A stretch of 64,000 nt of DNA, taken from the NCBI GenBank assembly GCA_963754945.1, contig CAVWIG010000017.1:128001-192000 (forward strand). Reading direction: 5' to 3'. The stretch comes from Methanotrichaceae archaeon. GTDB taxonomy: Archaea; Halobacteriota; Methanosarcinia; Methanotrichales; Methanotrichaceae. The notes beneath the pieces were generated by a model. It searched no databases and had not been told where the DNA came from. It saw nothing but the letters and a program-made list of their open reading frames with translations. A program made the translations under genes and the position numbers. This document shows positions 29,804 to 40,305 of the stretch, piece after piece (the first letter of the stretch is position 1; every line of letters starts with the position of its first letter).

Positions 29804-31210
29804 TCAGGCACTGACGCCTTGCAACCAGGCGTCGATATCTGCAGCCGAGCGTCTTCCTGCGGCAATTGCGCTGATGACAGTTGCCCCGCCGGTGACTATA
29901 TCGCCTCCAGCCCATACACCTTCCTTGGACGTCCTGCCGTTTTCGTCAGCTTTGATGGTGCCGTACTTGGTGGTCTCCAAGCCCGGAGTGTTCATCGGGA
30001 TCAAGGGATTTGGCTTGGTTCCCAGGGCCAAGATTGCCACGTCCACCTCTATGATGTGCTCTGATCCAATTTTAGGCACGGGACGCCTTCTACCGCTAGC
30101 ATCAGGTTCTCCCAGTTCCATCTCGATGCACTCCACAGCCTTGAGCCTTCCGCGATCGTCGCCGATGAATCTCACAGGCGTTGTGAGGAACTTGAAGATT
30201 ATGCCCTCTTCCTTGGCGTTCTCGATCTCTTCCCTGTTGGCTGGCATCTCCTTCTCGGAGCGCCTGTAGATCACGTACACTTTCTCTGCACCGCTGATCC
30301 TCAGAGCACACCTGGCAGAGTCCATTGCCACGTTTCCGCCTCCGACGACTGCGACGCGTTTGCCAGTCATGATGGGAGTGTCGTACTCGGGAAACCGGTA
30401 GGCCTTCATCAGGTTGATCCTGGTCAAGTACTCGTTTGCGAAGTATATTCCGCTCAGGTTTTCTCCTGGAACGTTCAGGAAAATAGGAGCGCCTGCACCA
30501 ATTCCAAGGAAAACAGCGTCGTACTCCTCTAAAAGCTCATCAACCTGCTGGAGCCTTCCCACTACTGAATCCATTCGGACGTCGACACCAAGCGTCCGGA
30601 TGTAATCCACCTCCGACCTGACGATATCTTTGGGCAGCCTAAACTCAGGAATTCCGTAAACCAGAACGCCTCCCGGTGTGTGGAGCGCTTCGAAGATGGT
30701 AACCTGATGGCCCCTGCCTGCCAGAAATGCGGCGCAGGTCAGACCCGCCGGGCCGGAGCCTACAACAGCAACCTTTTTACCTGTTGGTTTGACCTCCTGC
30801 CTCTCCGTTCCGCCCTGAGCAAGATCCCAGTCGGCCACAAACCGTTCCAGGCAGCCTATAGCTACGGCAGATCCTTCTCTCTTCTTCTCCAGAATACAGC
30901 CATGCTGGCACTGGACCTCTTTGGGGCAAACCCGGCCTGTGACTCCGGGAAGCCTGTTCTCTGTCTTGAGGATCTTTACCGCTCTAGGAAAATCGCCTTC
31001 CTCTATAGCTGCAATGAATCCTGGAATGTCAACGGAGATCGGACACTCGGAAACGCATCCAGGATCCTTGCACCTGAGGCATCTCCTTGCCTCTTCTCGG
31101 GCCTGATCCTCTGTGTAGCCCAGGGCAACCTCATCGAAGTTATAAATCCTCGTCTCAGGAGGTTGTTTCGGGATGGGTACACGGTTTAAGTTCAGCCGCC
31201 TCTTTGCCAT
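29804..31210 (-). CDS. NADPH-dependent GltD/NfnB/SudA-like flavo-iron-sulfur oxidoreductase
   Basis: CLRCKDPGC..CP, GRVCP...QC...C, GSGPAG, GGGNVAMD and GDIVTG motifs. Confidence 0.9.
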   Translation of the reverse strand: MAKRRLNLNRVPIPKQPPETRIYNFDEVALGYTEDQAREEARRCLRCKDPGCVSECPISVDIPGFIAAIEEGDFPRAVKILKTENRLPGVTGRVCPKEVQCQHGCILEKKREGSAVAIGCLERFVADWDLAQGGTERQEVKPTGKKVAVVGSGPAGLTCAAFLAGRGHQVTIFEALHTPGGVLVYGIPEFRLPKDIVRSEVDYIRTLGVDVRMDSVVGRLQQVDELLEEYDAVFLGIGAGAPIFLNVPGENLSGIYFANEYLTRINLMKAYRFPEYDTPIMTGKRVAVVGGGNVAMDSARCALRISGAEKVYVIYRRSEKEMPANREEIENAKEEGIIFKFLTTPVRFIGDDRGRLKAVECIEMELGEPDASGRRRPVPKIGSEHIIEVDVAILALGTKPNPLIPMNTPGLETTKYGTIKADENGRTSKEGVWAGGDIVTGGATVISAIAAGRRSAADIDAWLQGVSA

Positions 31211-31280
31211 TCAGCCTCGCAAAGATCCGCGTGAGATTAAATCAACGAATAGTGATGGCCTAGCGTGATGTGACAAGGGT

Positions 31281-32414
31281 CTACCTCACAGCGACAGGCT
31301 GTGATCTCAAGGGAGTTGCAGATCCATGAGCTTCTCCGAGTATGAACTTCTCCAACAGCTCTTTCGCCACCTCGTCGGGGTATTGGACAGGAGGATGCTT
31401 CATGGTGTACGCGGATATCTCGAGCAGAGGTCCGGCGATCTCTCTTTCCATTGCTAGCTTGCACACTCTTATGGCATCGATGGAGCACCCACCGCTGTTG
31501 GGGGAGTCCTCCACTGAGAGCCTAAGCTCCAGGTTTATGGGCACATCTCCGAAGATCCGACCCTCCATGCGTAGGAAGCAGACCTTGTTGTCCTTCTGCC
31601 ATGGCACGTAATCAGAAGGTCCGATGTGGATGTCGTCTTCATCAAGGGGCGTATCCAGAACGGACTGAACAGCCTCGGTCTTGGAGATCTTCTTGGACTT
31701 TAGACGCTCTCTGTTGAGCATGTTCAGGAAATCTGTGTTCCCGCCGATGTTGAGCTGGTAGGTCCGGTCTAGGGTGCACGCCCTGTCCTGGAAGAGCTGA
31801 GTCAGGGTTCTATGAACGATGGTGGCACCGATCTGGGATTTGATGTCGTCTCCGACAATTGGAACTCCTCCATCCTTGAACCTCTTGCCCCATTCGGGGT
31901 TAGATGCTATGAATACCGGCATGCAGTTGATGAATCCCACTCCTGCGTCCAGAGCTGCCTCTGCATAGAAGCGGGTGGCCTGCTCTGAGCCAACAGGCAT
32001 GTAGTTAACAAGGACATCTGCCCCACTGTCCACTAGCTCTCGCTTTACATCGCAAGGCTTAGAATCAGCTACAACAAATCGCTGATCTTCCGGGTAGTTC
32101 ATCATGTGGGGTGCCACTCCGTCCAGGACGGGCCCCATCTTCACTTCAACATCTTTCGGGGGTACTTGCGGATAAAAGACTTTGGTGCAGTTCGGTTTGG
32201 CGAAGATGGCCTCGTTCACGTCCCTGCCCACCTTCCGGGCATCAACGTCAAAGGCAGCCACCACATCGATATCGCCAGCTCTGTAACCATCGATCTCGTA
32301 GTGCATGAGGCCGATACAATCTTTTTCATCCACAGTTTTATAATATTCAATTCCCTGGATTAGAGAGCTTGCGCAGTTTCCCAAACCTGCAACTGCCAAT
32401 TTTACCTTTTTCAA
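31281..32414 (-). CDS. ino1: Inositol-3-phosphate synthase
   Basis: GLGNCASSL, GDDIKSQ.GAT, GGNTDFLNM and EDSPNS motifs. Confidence 0.93.
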   Translation of the reverse strand: MKKVKLAVAGLGNCASSLIQGIEYYKTVDEKDCIGLMHYEIDGYRAGDIDVVAAFDVDARKVGRDVNEAIFAKPNCTKVFYPQVPPKDVEVKMGPVLDGVAPHMMNYPEDQRFVVADSKPCDVKRELVDSGADVLVNYMPVGSEQATRFYAEAALDAGVGFINCMPVFIASNPEWGKRFKDGGVPIVGDDIKSQIGATIVHRTLTQLFQDRACTLDRTYQLNIGGNTDFLNMLNRERLKSKKISKTEAVQSVLDTPLDEDDIHIGPSDYVPWQKDNKVCFLRMEGRIFGDVPINLELRLSVEDSPNSGGCSIDAIRVCKLAMEREIAGPLLEISAYTMKHPPVQYPDEVAKELLEKFILGEAHGSATPLRSQPVAVR

Positions 32415-32578
32415 CCTCTTTTCCCCTCCTGGGCAAGTGAAGCTTGTAAGCTGGATCTGAAATCGGAATTTCGTATAACTGCAAGACGTATATAACTGTA
32501 TAGGCCTTTGGACATGTCCGATATGGCCTGAAGAAATATGGGCGTGGCTGCCATCTTCAATTCATTCCATCGGCTCTA

Positions 32579-33790
32579 GTGTCGCGTCAATATTGAAGTG
32601 ACATAAGGTTTAAGATATATTATCTTCATATCCAATGTGGGGTAATAGCAATGAAGAAATATATCGTAACGCTTACTGAGGACGAGCGCAAAGCTCTTAG
32701 CGACCTTACAGTCAAGGGAAAGCAAAAATCACAGAAGATCCTCAATGCATTAATATTGCTCGGTTGTGATGAAGGTGAGTACCAAACAGAGGGCTCGACG
32801 AATGAAGAAATAGCCCGTGTGCTCCATATAAGCATGAGAAAGATAGACCGTTTAAAAAAGCGATTTGTAGAGGGAGGTCTTGATTCAGCTCTTGAAAGAA
32901 GAACGGGAAACCGCATCTATGCCAAGAAGACCGATGGAGATTTTGAAGCCCATTTAGTTGCATTGAGTTGCAGCGAACCACCAGATGGTTTTGCGCGGTG
33001 GTCTTTGAGGCTGTTAGCCGATAAGGTCGTCGAGCTCAACTACATTGACAGCATTTCTCATGAAGCTGTGCGTCAAATTTTAAAAAAACGAGATCAAGCC
33101 ATGGCAACGCAAAGGATGGGTAATTCCGCCAAATCAAAACGGTAGCTTCGTCGCAAATATGGAAAGGGTATTGGATGTTTATAAGCGTCCGTTTGATTCA
33201 TATCATCCGGTTGTATGCATGGACGAATCTCCAAAGCAGCTGATATCCGAGACAAGAGTACCTATTGCAATATCTCCAGGGCGGGCTGCCAAACACGACT
33301 ATGAATACAAACGCTGCGGCTTATCAAATATTTTCCTTGCATGCGAACCGTTGGCCGGGAAGCGTATGGTAAAGGTCACTGAAAGAAAAACTGCGCTGGA
33401 CTGGGCTTGCTTTATGGAAGATGTCGCCGCCCAATACGAACATGCAGAAAAGATAACATTGGTGATGGACAATCTCAACACACATAATGCAGGATCGTTT
33501 TATGAGAAGTTTACGCCAGATAAGGCAAAGGCGTTAATGGATAGGTTTGAATTTGTGTACACGCCGAAGCATGGCAGTTGGCTAAATATGGCTGAGATAG
33601 AGCTGAATGTCCTTACAGGGCAATGTCTGAATAGGCGAATCGATAAAATTGAAACTGTTAAGGATGAAGTAGCGGCATGGCAGGAGTTCAGAAATAATAA
33701 AAATGCAAAGGTAAATTGGCAATTTACTACAGCGGATGCAAGAGTTAAACTATCTAGGCTTTATCCGACACTAGATAGCTGACGCGACAC
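32579..33790 (+). mobile_element. IS630-family element (1212 bp)
   Basis: TIR GTGTCGCGTCA at both ends; TA duplication within CTAG. Confidence 0.92.
32651..33782 (+). CDS. IS630 transposase, orfA/orfB joined by programmed -1 frameshift at TTTAAAAAAAC (~33079-33089)
   Basis: orfA HTH ends ILKK and the -1 frame continues NEIKPW...MDE...DNL.TH...SWLNMAEIE. Confidence 0.88.
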
Positions 33791-34651
33791 TAGAAGGACC
33801 TTCAGCTTTTCCGAAAGGGCCTGCTGAAGCTCCATCCTTCCGCTATCGCTATCTACATACTCAATCCTGTGGGTGTTTGGTATGTCGGCCAGATACTCGG
33901 AGCCTTTGGGGTAGATCAGGATGGTCTCCTTCCCTACGGTGTGAGCGATTCCTAAACCGTACATGACACCAGGATCAGGACCTGTCAGGTCGGCTACCAC
34001 TATCCTGGCTTCATTTATAGATGTCCACATCCCCCGAACGGCAGATTTGCCTCCTCTGATGTCATCGGCTATTGCACTCGTTAATCCTGCGGCCTCAGCA
34101 GCCTGAATGATCGCCTGGAAGTTTTTATCCGGCTTCTCTGGAGTGGGCAGGAGTAGAAGAGCCATCTCAGGGCTGCTGGCTCCTGGCGCAGATCCGAAGA
34201 TCGGCCTGGTCCGGAGCAAGGAGAGAAGGCTCATAAACCTCGTGAACTCCGAATCGATGTGGTCAGAGGCGATCTTCCTCAGAGCTTCATGCCTCTCGTT
34301 CTTCTCTGCTACCAGGCTCGCAGGAAACCGTATCAGAAAAGGATCCGTAAATCTGAACTCCCAGAGGGCACTATTGAGCACCTTTTGGGGTGACCAGCTC
34401 GCCTCGGGGTTGTATATGTAAGTAGACGTTCTATTCCCAGAACGGAGCTGTGCAACCACGTAGAGATTGTCCTTGTCCACGACAGCCAGCATATCGCAGG
34501 GGAGTTGGGATCTTGCAATGCCTTTCTGGAGATGGCGGTCTTGAGAGATGTCGTCGACCTCTGCCATGAATTCGTCCAGCAGCCGGTCTACCTTTTCCAG
34601 AAGTTCAGTGGGCATTGTACCGCCCCTGCTCCTCGCTCCATCATGCATCAT
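33761..34651 (-). CDS. Protein with a C-terminal nucleoside 2-deoxyribosyltransferase-like domain; last codons replaced by IS630
   Basis: INEARIVVADLTG.DPGVMYGLGIAH..GK.TILI. The pre-insertion C-terminus reconstructs as KVLLEPME-stop. Confidence 0.7.
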   Translation of the reverse strand: MMHDGARSRGGTMPTELLEKVDRLLDEFMAEVDDISQDRHLQKGIARSQLPCDMLAVVDKDNLYVVAQLRSGNRTSTYIYNPEASWSPQKVLNSALWEFRFTDPFLIRFPASLVAEKNERHEALRKIASDHIDSEFTRFMSLLSLLRTRPIFGSAPGASSPEMALLLLPTPEKPDKNFQAIIQAAEAAGLTSAIADDIRGGKSAVRGMWTSINEARIVVADLTGPDPGVMYGLGIAHTVGKETILIYPKGSEYLADIPNTHRIEYVDSDSGRMELQQALSEKLKVLLVSRQLSSVG

Positions 34652-34904
34652 TATTCAAACACCTGGGCTTCGTCCTATAGGGTTGTATAATCTCCTGGCG
34701 GGTATAAATGGGCTCTGGCTCGGTACAAGGGAAGTGCCGGTTTTATTGGAGGCAAGCAGGACCATTTTTAGAAATTTGCGAATCTAGGCCGGTTTTCATG
34801 AGCTGAGATGTCTACTAGCTTATCCACCTTCTCAAGAATTTATTTATCGCTTAGGCTCCTACTATTATGACTATCGCATGCCTATGCGATAGTGGGTATC
34901 GTGT

Positions 34905-35936
34905 ATGAGAATAAGCAAATTCTTCTTAATTACGGCACTACTGGTTCTTTCGTCGTGCCTGTTTAGCGGCGCTGCTTTAGCGCAGATGAACAATTCAGTT
35001 GTGATCAAAGATTTCGCTTTCCAGCCAAATATCCTTATGGTACCTGTCGGGACTACTGTGACATGGACAAACCTGGATACTGTACAGCATGAAGTTATCA
35101 GCGATAACGGAACCTTCGATTCGGGAATTATGATGCCCAATGACCAGTACACCTATAAATTCAGCCAGCCCGGGAACTACTCTTACTACTGCAAGATTCA
35201 TTCCTATATGTTCGGTATGATACAGGTTACACCGGGATCGTCTGGGCTGAAGGTCATGAGCGCAGACCCGAGCAGCGATCCGGCTCCGAGCAAGTCGTCA
35301 TATTCTCAGTTTTCAATGTACTCTCAATATTTCAGTATGCCCAGCGGAAATGCTCCAAAAAACCATATCACATATCCTAAAAATTATCCGATGAAAAACC
35401 TAGGGTCTACCTTTGTCTATTTCACGTTCCCGAAGTACACGACATCCTATTCACAGTCCTATGGAATGACCAACTATTACCAGATGTATTCAACGCCTAA
35501 CTATTATCAGATATATTCGATGCCGTACTCACAATACCATTCGAACTATGCCTCCTATAGCGGGAGTACCTCCCTCTGGATTCAGGGAACCTCGGGCTTG
35601 ACCCAATACGTCACCGTTCCACAGGGAGCCAGCATGTCGCTTATAGCGATATCTCCCACAGGAGGGAACGGTTACCTCTACGAGATGTCTCCCGGCGGCA
35701 AATCGAATATGAACTACTATTACTTCAACCAGTACAGCCAAATGAACTTTTACGCGGACACAATTGGTCAGCATGTACTGTTTATTGTAATAAATGATAG
35801 GGTAAGCAACTCAATAATCATCAATGTGGTCAGCTCCAGCTCATCATACAGCACGCCGAGCTATCAACCACCAACCTATCAGCAGCCAAGCTATAGCCCA
35901 CCGTCTGGTGGTTATCCATCTTCAGGGGGCTATTAG
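34905..35936 (+). CDS. Secreted cupredoxin (plastocyanin/azurin-like) with Tyr/Ser-rich C-terminal extension
   Basis: Signal peptide; F.P..L.V.VGTTVTWTN.D...H and YYCKIHSYM type-1 Cu ligands. Confidence 0.85.
   Translation: MRISKFFLITALLVLSSCLFSGAALAQMNNSVVIKDFAFQPNILMVPVGTTVTWTNLDTVQHEVISDNGTFDSGIMMPNDQYTYKFSQPGNYSYYCKIHSYMFGMIQVTPGSSGLKVMSADPSSDPAPSKSSYSQFSMYSQYFSMPSGNAPKNHITYPKNYPMKNLGSTFVYFTFPKYTTSYSQSYGMTNYYQMYSTPNYYQIYSMPYSQYHSNYASYSGSTSLWIQGTSGLTQYVTVPQGASMSLIAISPTGGNGYLYEMSPGGKSNMNYYYFNQYSQMNFYADTIGQHVLFIVINDRVSNSIIINVVSSSSSYSTPSYQPPTYQQPSYSPPSGGYPSSGGY
35472..35525 (+). repeat. Degenerate 27-bp coding tandem repeat (NYYQMYSTP / NYYQIYSMP)
   Basis: AACTATTACCAGATGTATTCAACGCCT followed by AACTATTATCAGATATATTCGATGCCG. 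Confidence 0.7.
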
Positions 35937-36164
35937 CCCTCCTTATATTATTTTCTTGGATAAACCAGAAGGAGACGAGTCAAAACAGGTATTCCCGCGC
36001 AAACTGAAGGGTATTCTTTTTAAAATAAAATCGAATGAAAGCTTATTCCTGATCGGAACGGTTTTAACCGCTCGAGGCCTTATTTTTATTATGCCTGAAC
36101 TATGAGTTAACAATAGTGGTTCAAGTTTAGAATGTAATTCTTCAAAACACAAAAAATTTTTATA

Positions 36165-36835
36165 ATGGATTTTATGAGAAACAAAATCATTGTAATAATG
36201 CTGACGCTGATTGCCCTCATGGCATTATCTACGTCAGCACTGGGTGCAGATATGCAGAAGACTCCGATGAAGGCCAACAATGCCACCTGCATTACCATGT
36301 CGCAAGAGGATCTTAAGCTAAAAATGAGGATGCTCTGGGATGAGCATGTGGTCTGGACACGGATGTTCATTATGAGCGTGGCTGATAATACTACAGATAA
36401 GACAGTTGTCACCACAAGGCTCCTGAAAAACTACGATGACATGGCTGATGCCTTCAAGCCGTACTACGGAAATCAAACTGGGACTAAGTACGGCGATCTG
36501 ATCGAAGAGCATCTTCTGACTGCAGCAGCCCTGGTCGAGGCTGCCAAGGCCGGAAACAACACGGCAGCAGCGGCGGCAGAAAAGAATGGTATGCGAATGC
36601 GGACGAGATTGCGACCTATGAGAACAGCATAAACCCGAACTGGGACAAAGCTACCAGGATGTCCATGTGGCACAACCACCTAGATCTAACAAAGATTGAA
36701 GCCGTAGCCAGGTTGACCAAGAACTACACTGCGGACATAAACGATTTCGACATGATCGAAGGACAGGCCGCGATGATGGCTGACTCCATCGCCGATGGCA
36801 TAGTCAAGCAGTTCCCGCAGATGTTCGCGAAATAA
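36165..36835 (+). pseudogene. Secreted helical protein with repeated His motifs, frameshifted near 36585
   Basis: LWDEHVVWTR and LIEEHL, then in the shifted frame WYANADEIA...MWHNHLDLT...ADGIVKQFPQMF. Confidence 0.7.
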
Positions 36836-37010
36836 TTTGCGTAGAGTTTTGTAAGGTCTCGGCTTGAAGTTGGAAGAGAACGTCACAATGAAGTGCCGCT
36901 CCCTTCGATCCTTTTCTTTTGGTTCGGGGCTTTGGGTCAATCCGTTCGAAACCTTCCAGGAACGTCTAACAAATCCAGCGCAAAAGCATCAATCCGCCGT
37001 TCCAAGATTT

Positions 37011-37925
37011 TCAGGCTACTGTCCTGATATAGTGTGCCCAATATCCCTGCCATTGACCGTAATTATCTGCGATCTCATGGATATCCTGGAGGCTCAAATC
37101 TCTCCCATACACTTTCGATGCTGCCAGGTTCAGCCATCTGTCATCGAGGTTCAATCGCTCCATCCTGCCAAGGCTGCGTAGCATTACAAAAGACGCAGAC
37201 CATGAGCCGATCCCGTTGATGCTGTCCAGCCATGCCTCTACATCCTCATATTTTCCAGTCCGAAGGAATTCTTCATCTACATCGCTGAAGGCCTCGGCAG
37301 CAGAGATGAGGTATTTGGTCCTCCTGCTATTTTTAATTACTTTCATTAGGTTATCTTCTTTGGCCTCGATGAGTTTTGTGGGCTCAGGAAAGGCACGGTA
37401 TGTAATTCCATCTATCTTCAGGCATGTGCCGTAACTTTCCACCAGTTTAGCCTTCATTCTTTTGGCAATCGGCATTGCATTTCTTTGGGTCAGAATAGCC
37501 CAACAAGTGCCTTCAAATGGAGTGGGAAACTTGACCTGGTGGTAACCGTAGAGCTGCTCGATCACAGGCTTGAATTTCTGGTCTTTTCTACCGGTCTTGT
37601 AAAAGGGTTTTAAGTCATCATCAAGGCTCAAAAAGAATGTTATGCGGTCAATTGCTGTTTTTTTGGTATGATCATCGATATCGTGATCTGATATGAGAGA
37701 ATACTCTAATCTGGAAGACTCAATGTCGCCTGTCGATCTGATCCGGGACACAACGGCTTTTCCATCGAAAGAGAACGCCTTGGCGAGGCTGCCTTCGTGA
37801 ATAATCTGTTCTCCCTCTGTTGAGCCGAAGCCCTCTAAAAAATCGAGGGATTTAGAAAAATCGAATGGCTCAACGGGGTGAATAAGGCCGTTTTCTGAAT
37901 ATGTGATCTTTTCTAGTTCTTTCAT
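37011..37925 (-). CDS. alkA: DNA-3-methyladenine glycosylase II (AlkA family)
   Basis: PFDF, PFE....ILTQ, FPEP, HhH GIGSWSA and W.GY.A.Y motifs. Confidence 0.82.
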   Translation of the reverse strand: MKELEKITYSENGLIHPVEPFDFSKSLDFLEGFGSTEGEQIIHEGSLAKAFSFDGKAVVSRIRSTGDIESSRLEYSLISDHDIDDHTKKTAIDRITFFLSLDDDLKPFYKTGRKDQKFKPVIEQLYGYHQVKFPTPFEGTCWAILTQRNAMPIAKRMKAKLVESYGTCLKIDGITYRAFPEPTKLIEAKEDNLMKVIKNSRRTKYLISAAEAFSDVDEEFLRTGKYEDVEAWLDSINGIGSWSASFVMLRSLGRMERLNLDDRWLNLAASKVYGRDLSLQDIHEIADNYGQWQGYWAHYIRTVA

Positions 37926-37983
37926 GTGCTAACCCCAATCAAGTAAGCGCGAAGCTGGTCGCCGTATTATTAGCCATACCGTA

Positions 37984-38622
37984 TCATATTAGTCCAGAAA
38001 TTACAGAGTTGACCGCCAGGCTGAACGCGAGGAAACCCACTAGGGTTAGTACTGCGTAGGCGCTTGGAGATTTGAACGGGTTCGTCTTTGTCAATCCTAG
38101 GAAGGAGTTGGCGTTGATCAGGTGGAATATAGTGCCAATCGCCAGCAAGGGCATTAACTTCGATGGAAATGTCAGAGCGGTCAAAACGGCGTAAAAAAAA
38201 TACTCGACAACAAAGGCAGTCTTTGGACGGTTCCAAAGACCGAATCCGACCTTTCTGTCCGAAGAGAACCCCAGGACAGGCAGATCTTTTTGGTGGACTG
38301 TTGCATCTAATAGCCAGTGGGACGCGGATGCTGCGACAAAGACTACCCCTGCGAGAGGGCTAGTAAAATTCGCTAGTACCAACCCAATGACGCATGCGAT
38401 CAGTGTCCCCAGGACGAGGGAATGAGTGTAAGGGTAGCGCGTGAACCCTATTCGATTCTGAAGAGGTGATTCGGGATCTATTGATACCTTTTCAATTCCT
38501 GAGAGAATTAGAAACGGCCAGAGGATATCAGGAAAGCCAACACCAATGAGTAGGATAAGAGGAGATACCCCTGGAAAAAGGCGGATGAGAACGTATGCGA
38601 CAGCGAAGTGTCCGATGAACAT
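37984..38622 (-). CDS. Membrane-bound metal-dependent hydrolase-like protein
   Basis: GHFA, PD, YPYTHSL and SHWLLD..VH motifs. Confidence 0.75.
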   Translation of the reverse strand: MFIGHFAVAYVLIRLFPGVSPLILLIGVGFPDILWPFLILSGIEKVSIDPESPLQNRIGFTRYPYTHSLVLGTLIACVIGLVLANFTSPLAGVVFVAASASHWLLDATVHQKDLPVLGFSSDRKVGFGLWNRPKTAFVVEYFFYAVLTALTFPSKLMPLLAIGTIFHLINANSFLGLTKTNPFKSPSAYAVLTLVGFLAFSLAVNSVISGLI

Positions 38623-38839
38623 GACGGCCCCTCAATGTTGACTATTTGTAAATTTGTACTTCAATCTAGAAAAACTTGTTGAGTCCCTCTTTTCGATCCG
38701 TTTTTGGTTCCTCGCTGGCTTTATCCATCTAGAACTGATATTGCATGAGAAATGAGTTTACTAAAGTGCATGAGGAGTTGTGGGAACGCACTATGAACGA
38801 CAGGTGCTTCAGGTCCGGAGCCAAAACAACGAGTGTCCA

Positions 38840-39418
38840 ATGACTCTTCCTAGAGAGGTGGCCCTCATGCTCCTACAGGCCACGTCCCTGCCGGACGAGA
38901 GCGTTTTTCTGGATCGAACTGTTCCCGTGAACACGGTTGTCGACTACTACAGGATAGCATGCCATGTCCTTTTCGTCTGTGATAGGTGTGGAACTTGCTG
39001 TACCACTGGTGACCCCATAAGGCTCAGTCAGGATGACATAGCACGGATCGCTCGCCTTCAAAAAATACCAGTCGGAAAGGCAGCAAAAAAGTACACGGTG
39101 CCGGATCCCTACAAGCCCGGTGTTCTGGACTTCAAGAAGATCCTCCCGTGCAAGTTCTACGATCCTGTTCGGGGAGGGTGCAAGATCTATGACGCTAGGC
39201 CCTGGTCCTGCCGGATATTCCCTTTCATCGGCATTTACGGCTCAGAAGACCATGTTAAGGTTCATGAGTCCTGTCCCGGTTCCGTCAATGCCGTGAAAAT
39301 GCTGACGGAAGCCGTGGAGGAGCTCCGTTCTGATTCGGCCTTCTCGCCATCCTTTGATAAGGAGATGGTAAAAAGAGCTAAGCAGTGGTTTAAGGATGTT
39401 CTGGACACAGTCAAATGA
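38840..39418 (+). CDS. YkgJ family cysteine-cluster protein
   Basis: CDRCGTCC, PCKF, C.IY..RP.SCR.FPF and CPG motifs. Confidence 0.85.
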   Translation: MTLPREVALMLLQATSLPDESVFLDRTVPVNTVVDYYRIACHVLFVCDRCGTCCTTGDPIRLSQDDIARIARLQKIPVGKAAKKYTVPDPYKPGVLDFKKILPCKFYDPVRGGCKIYDARPWSCRIFPFIGIYGSEDHVKVHESCPGSVNAVKMLTEAVEELRSDSAFSPSFDKEMVKRAKQWFKDVLDTVK

Positions 39419-39708
39419 CGCGAAAATCAGGGTTCTTGTGGCATATGGCGTTCTTTCAAATCGTCGCTCAATTTTCCATGTTAAAGACTTGTTATCATAA
39501 CCCGCCAAATAATACCATTATAGATACAGCGACCATTAGCTTAAGCCCGGAGGATCTCTTGGCTTGTATTTGGTTTTAGAAACTGCGAAGAATACATATA
39601 GCATCGAATACATTTCTTAGGATAAATTTGATGAAATGTTAAATGATATTAAGGGCGATTTTATTAGACAGTATCGTCCATATTGCCAAGAAATTATATG
39701 GAGGTTTC

Positions 39709-40266
39709 ATGGGAAAAATAGGTGTGTTCGAAAACGTATCGGTTGACGGCTATTTTGCAGGGACAAACGGTGAGATAGACTGGTTTATCGGGGATGAAGA
39801 AACAGCACAATATGCCAAAGAACATGCAAATCCAACAAATACCATTCTATTTGGCCGCGTGACGTATGAGCTTATGGCAAGCTACTAGCCAACCGCAGAG
39901 GCTATGAGGAATGATCCAGTCGTCGCCGAAGTAATGAACAGCGCTTCCAAGATCGTCTTTTCAAGGACCCTCGACAAGGTCGAATGGAGCAACACGAGGC
40001 TGGTAAAAAACAACATCGAGGAAGAAATAAAGAAAATGAAAAACCAACCGGGAAAAGACATGGTAATACTAGGCAGCGGCAGTATTGTGTCGGCGCTCGG
40101 GCAGCGCGGTTTGATCGATGAGTACAGTTTCATGGTGAATCCCATTATCTTGGGCCGCGGTAGGTCAATTTTCCAAGGGATCAAGGACAGGCTTAATTTG
40201 AAACTGCTTGAAACAAGGACGTTTAAGTTGGGGAACGTTTTGCTGCATTATCAGACTGTGAAGTAA
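39709..40266 (+). pseudogene. Dihydrofolate reductase-family (RibD C-terminal) protein with in-frame TAG
   Basis: SVDGYFAG, GRVTYE, GSGSIV and P.ILG.G motifs. The TAG at 39886-39888 aligns with Trp in paralog 41930..42508. Confidence 0.85.
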
Positions 40267-40305
40267 TGCGCACCCGCGGAAATGGTAAGCGAGAAAGAGG
40301 CACAA

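Noticed and set aside
33079-33089. Split IS630 ORFs as a pseudogene
   Set aside because: The A-run at KKNEIKPW is the usual programmed -1 frameshift site of IS630 and is mirrored in the other IS630 here.
39886-39888. In-frame TAG as a pyrrolysine codon
   Set aside because: It aligns with Trp (YWPT) in the paralog, so it is most simply a TGG>TAG nonsense change. Neighbouring genes are also decayed and there are no pyl genes in the window.
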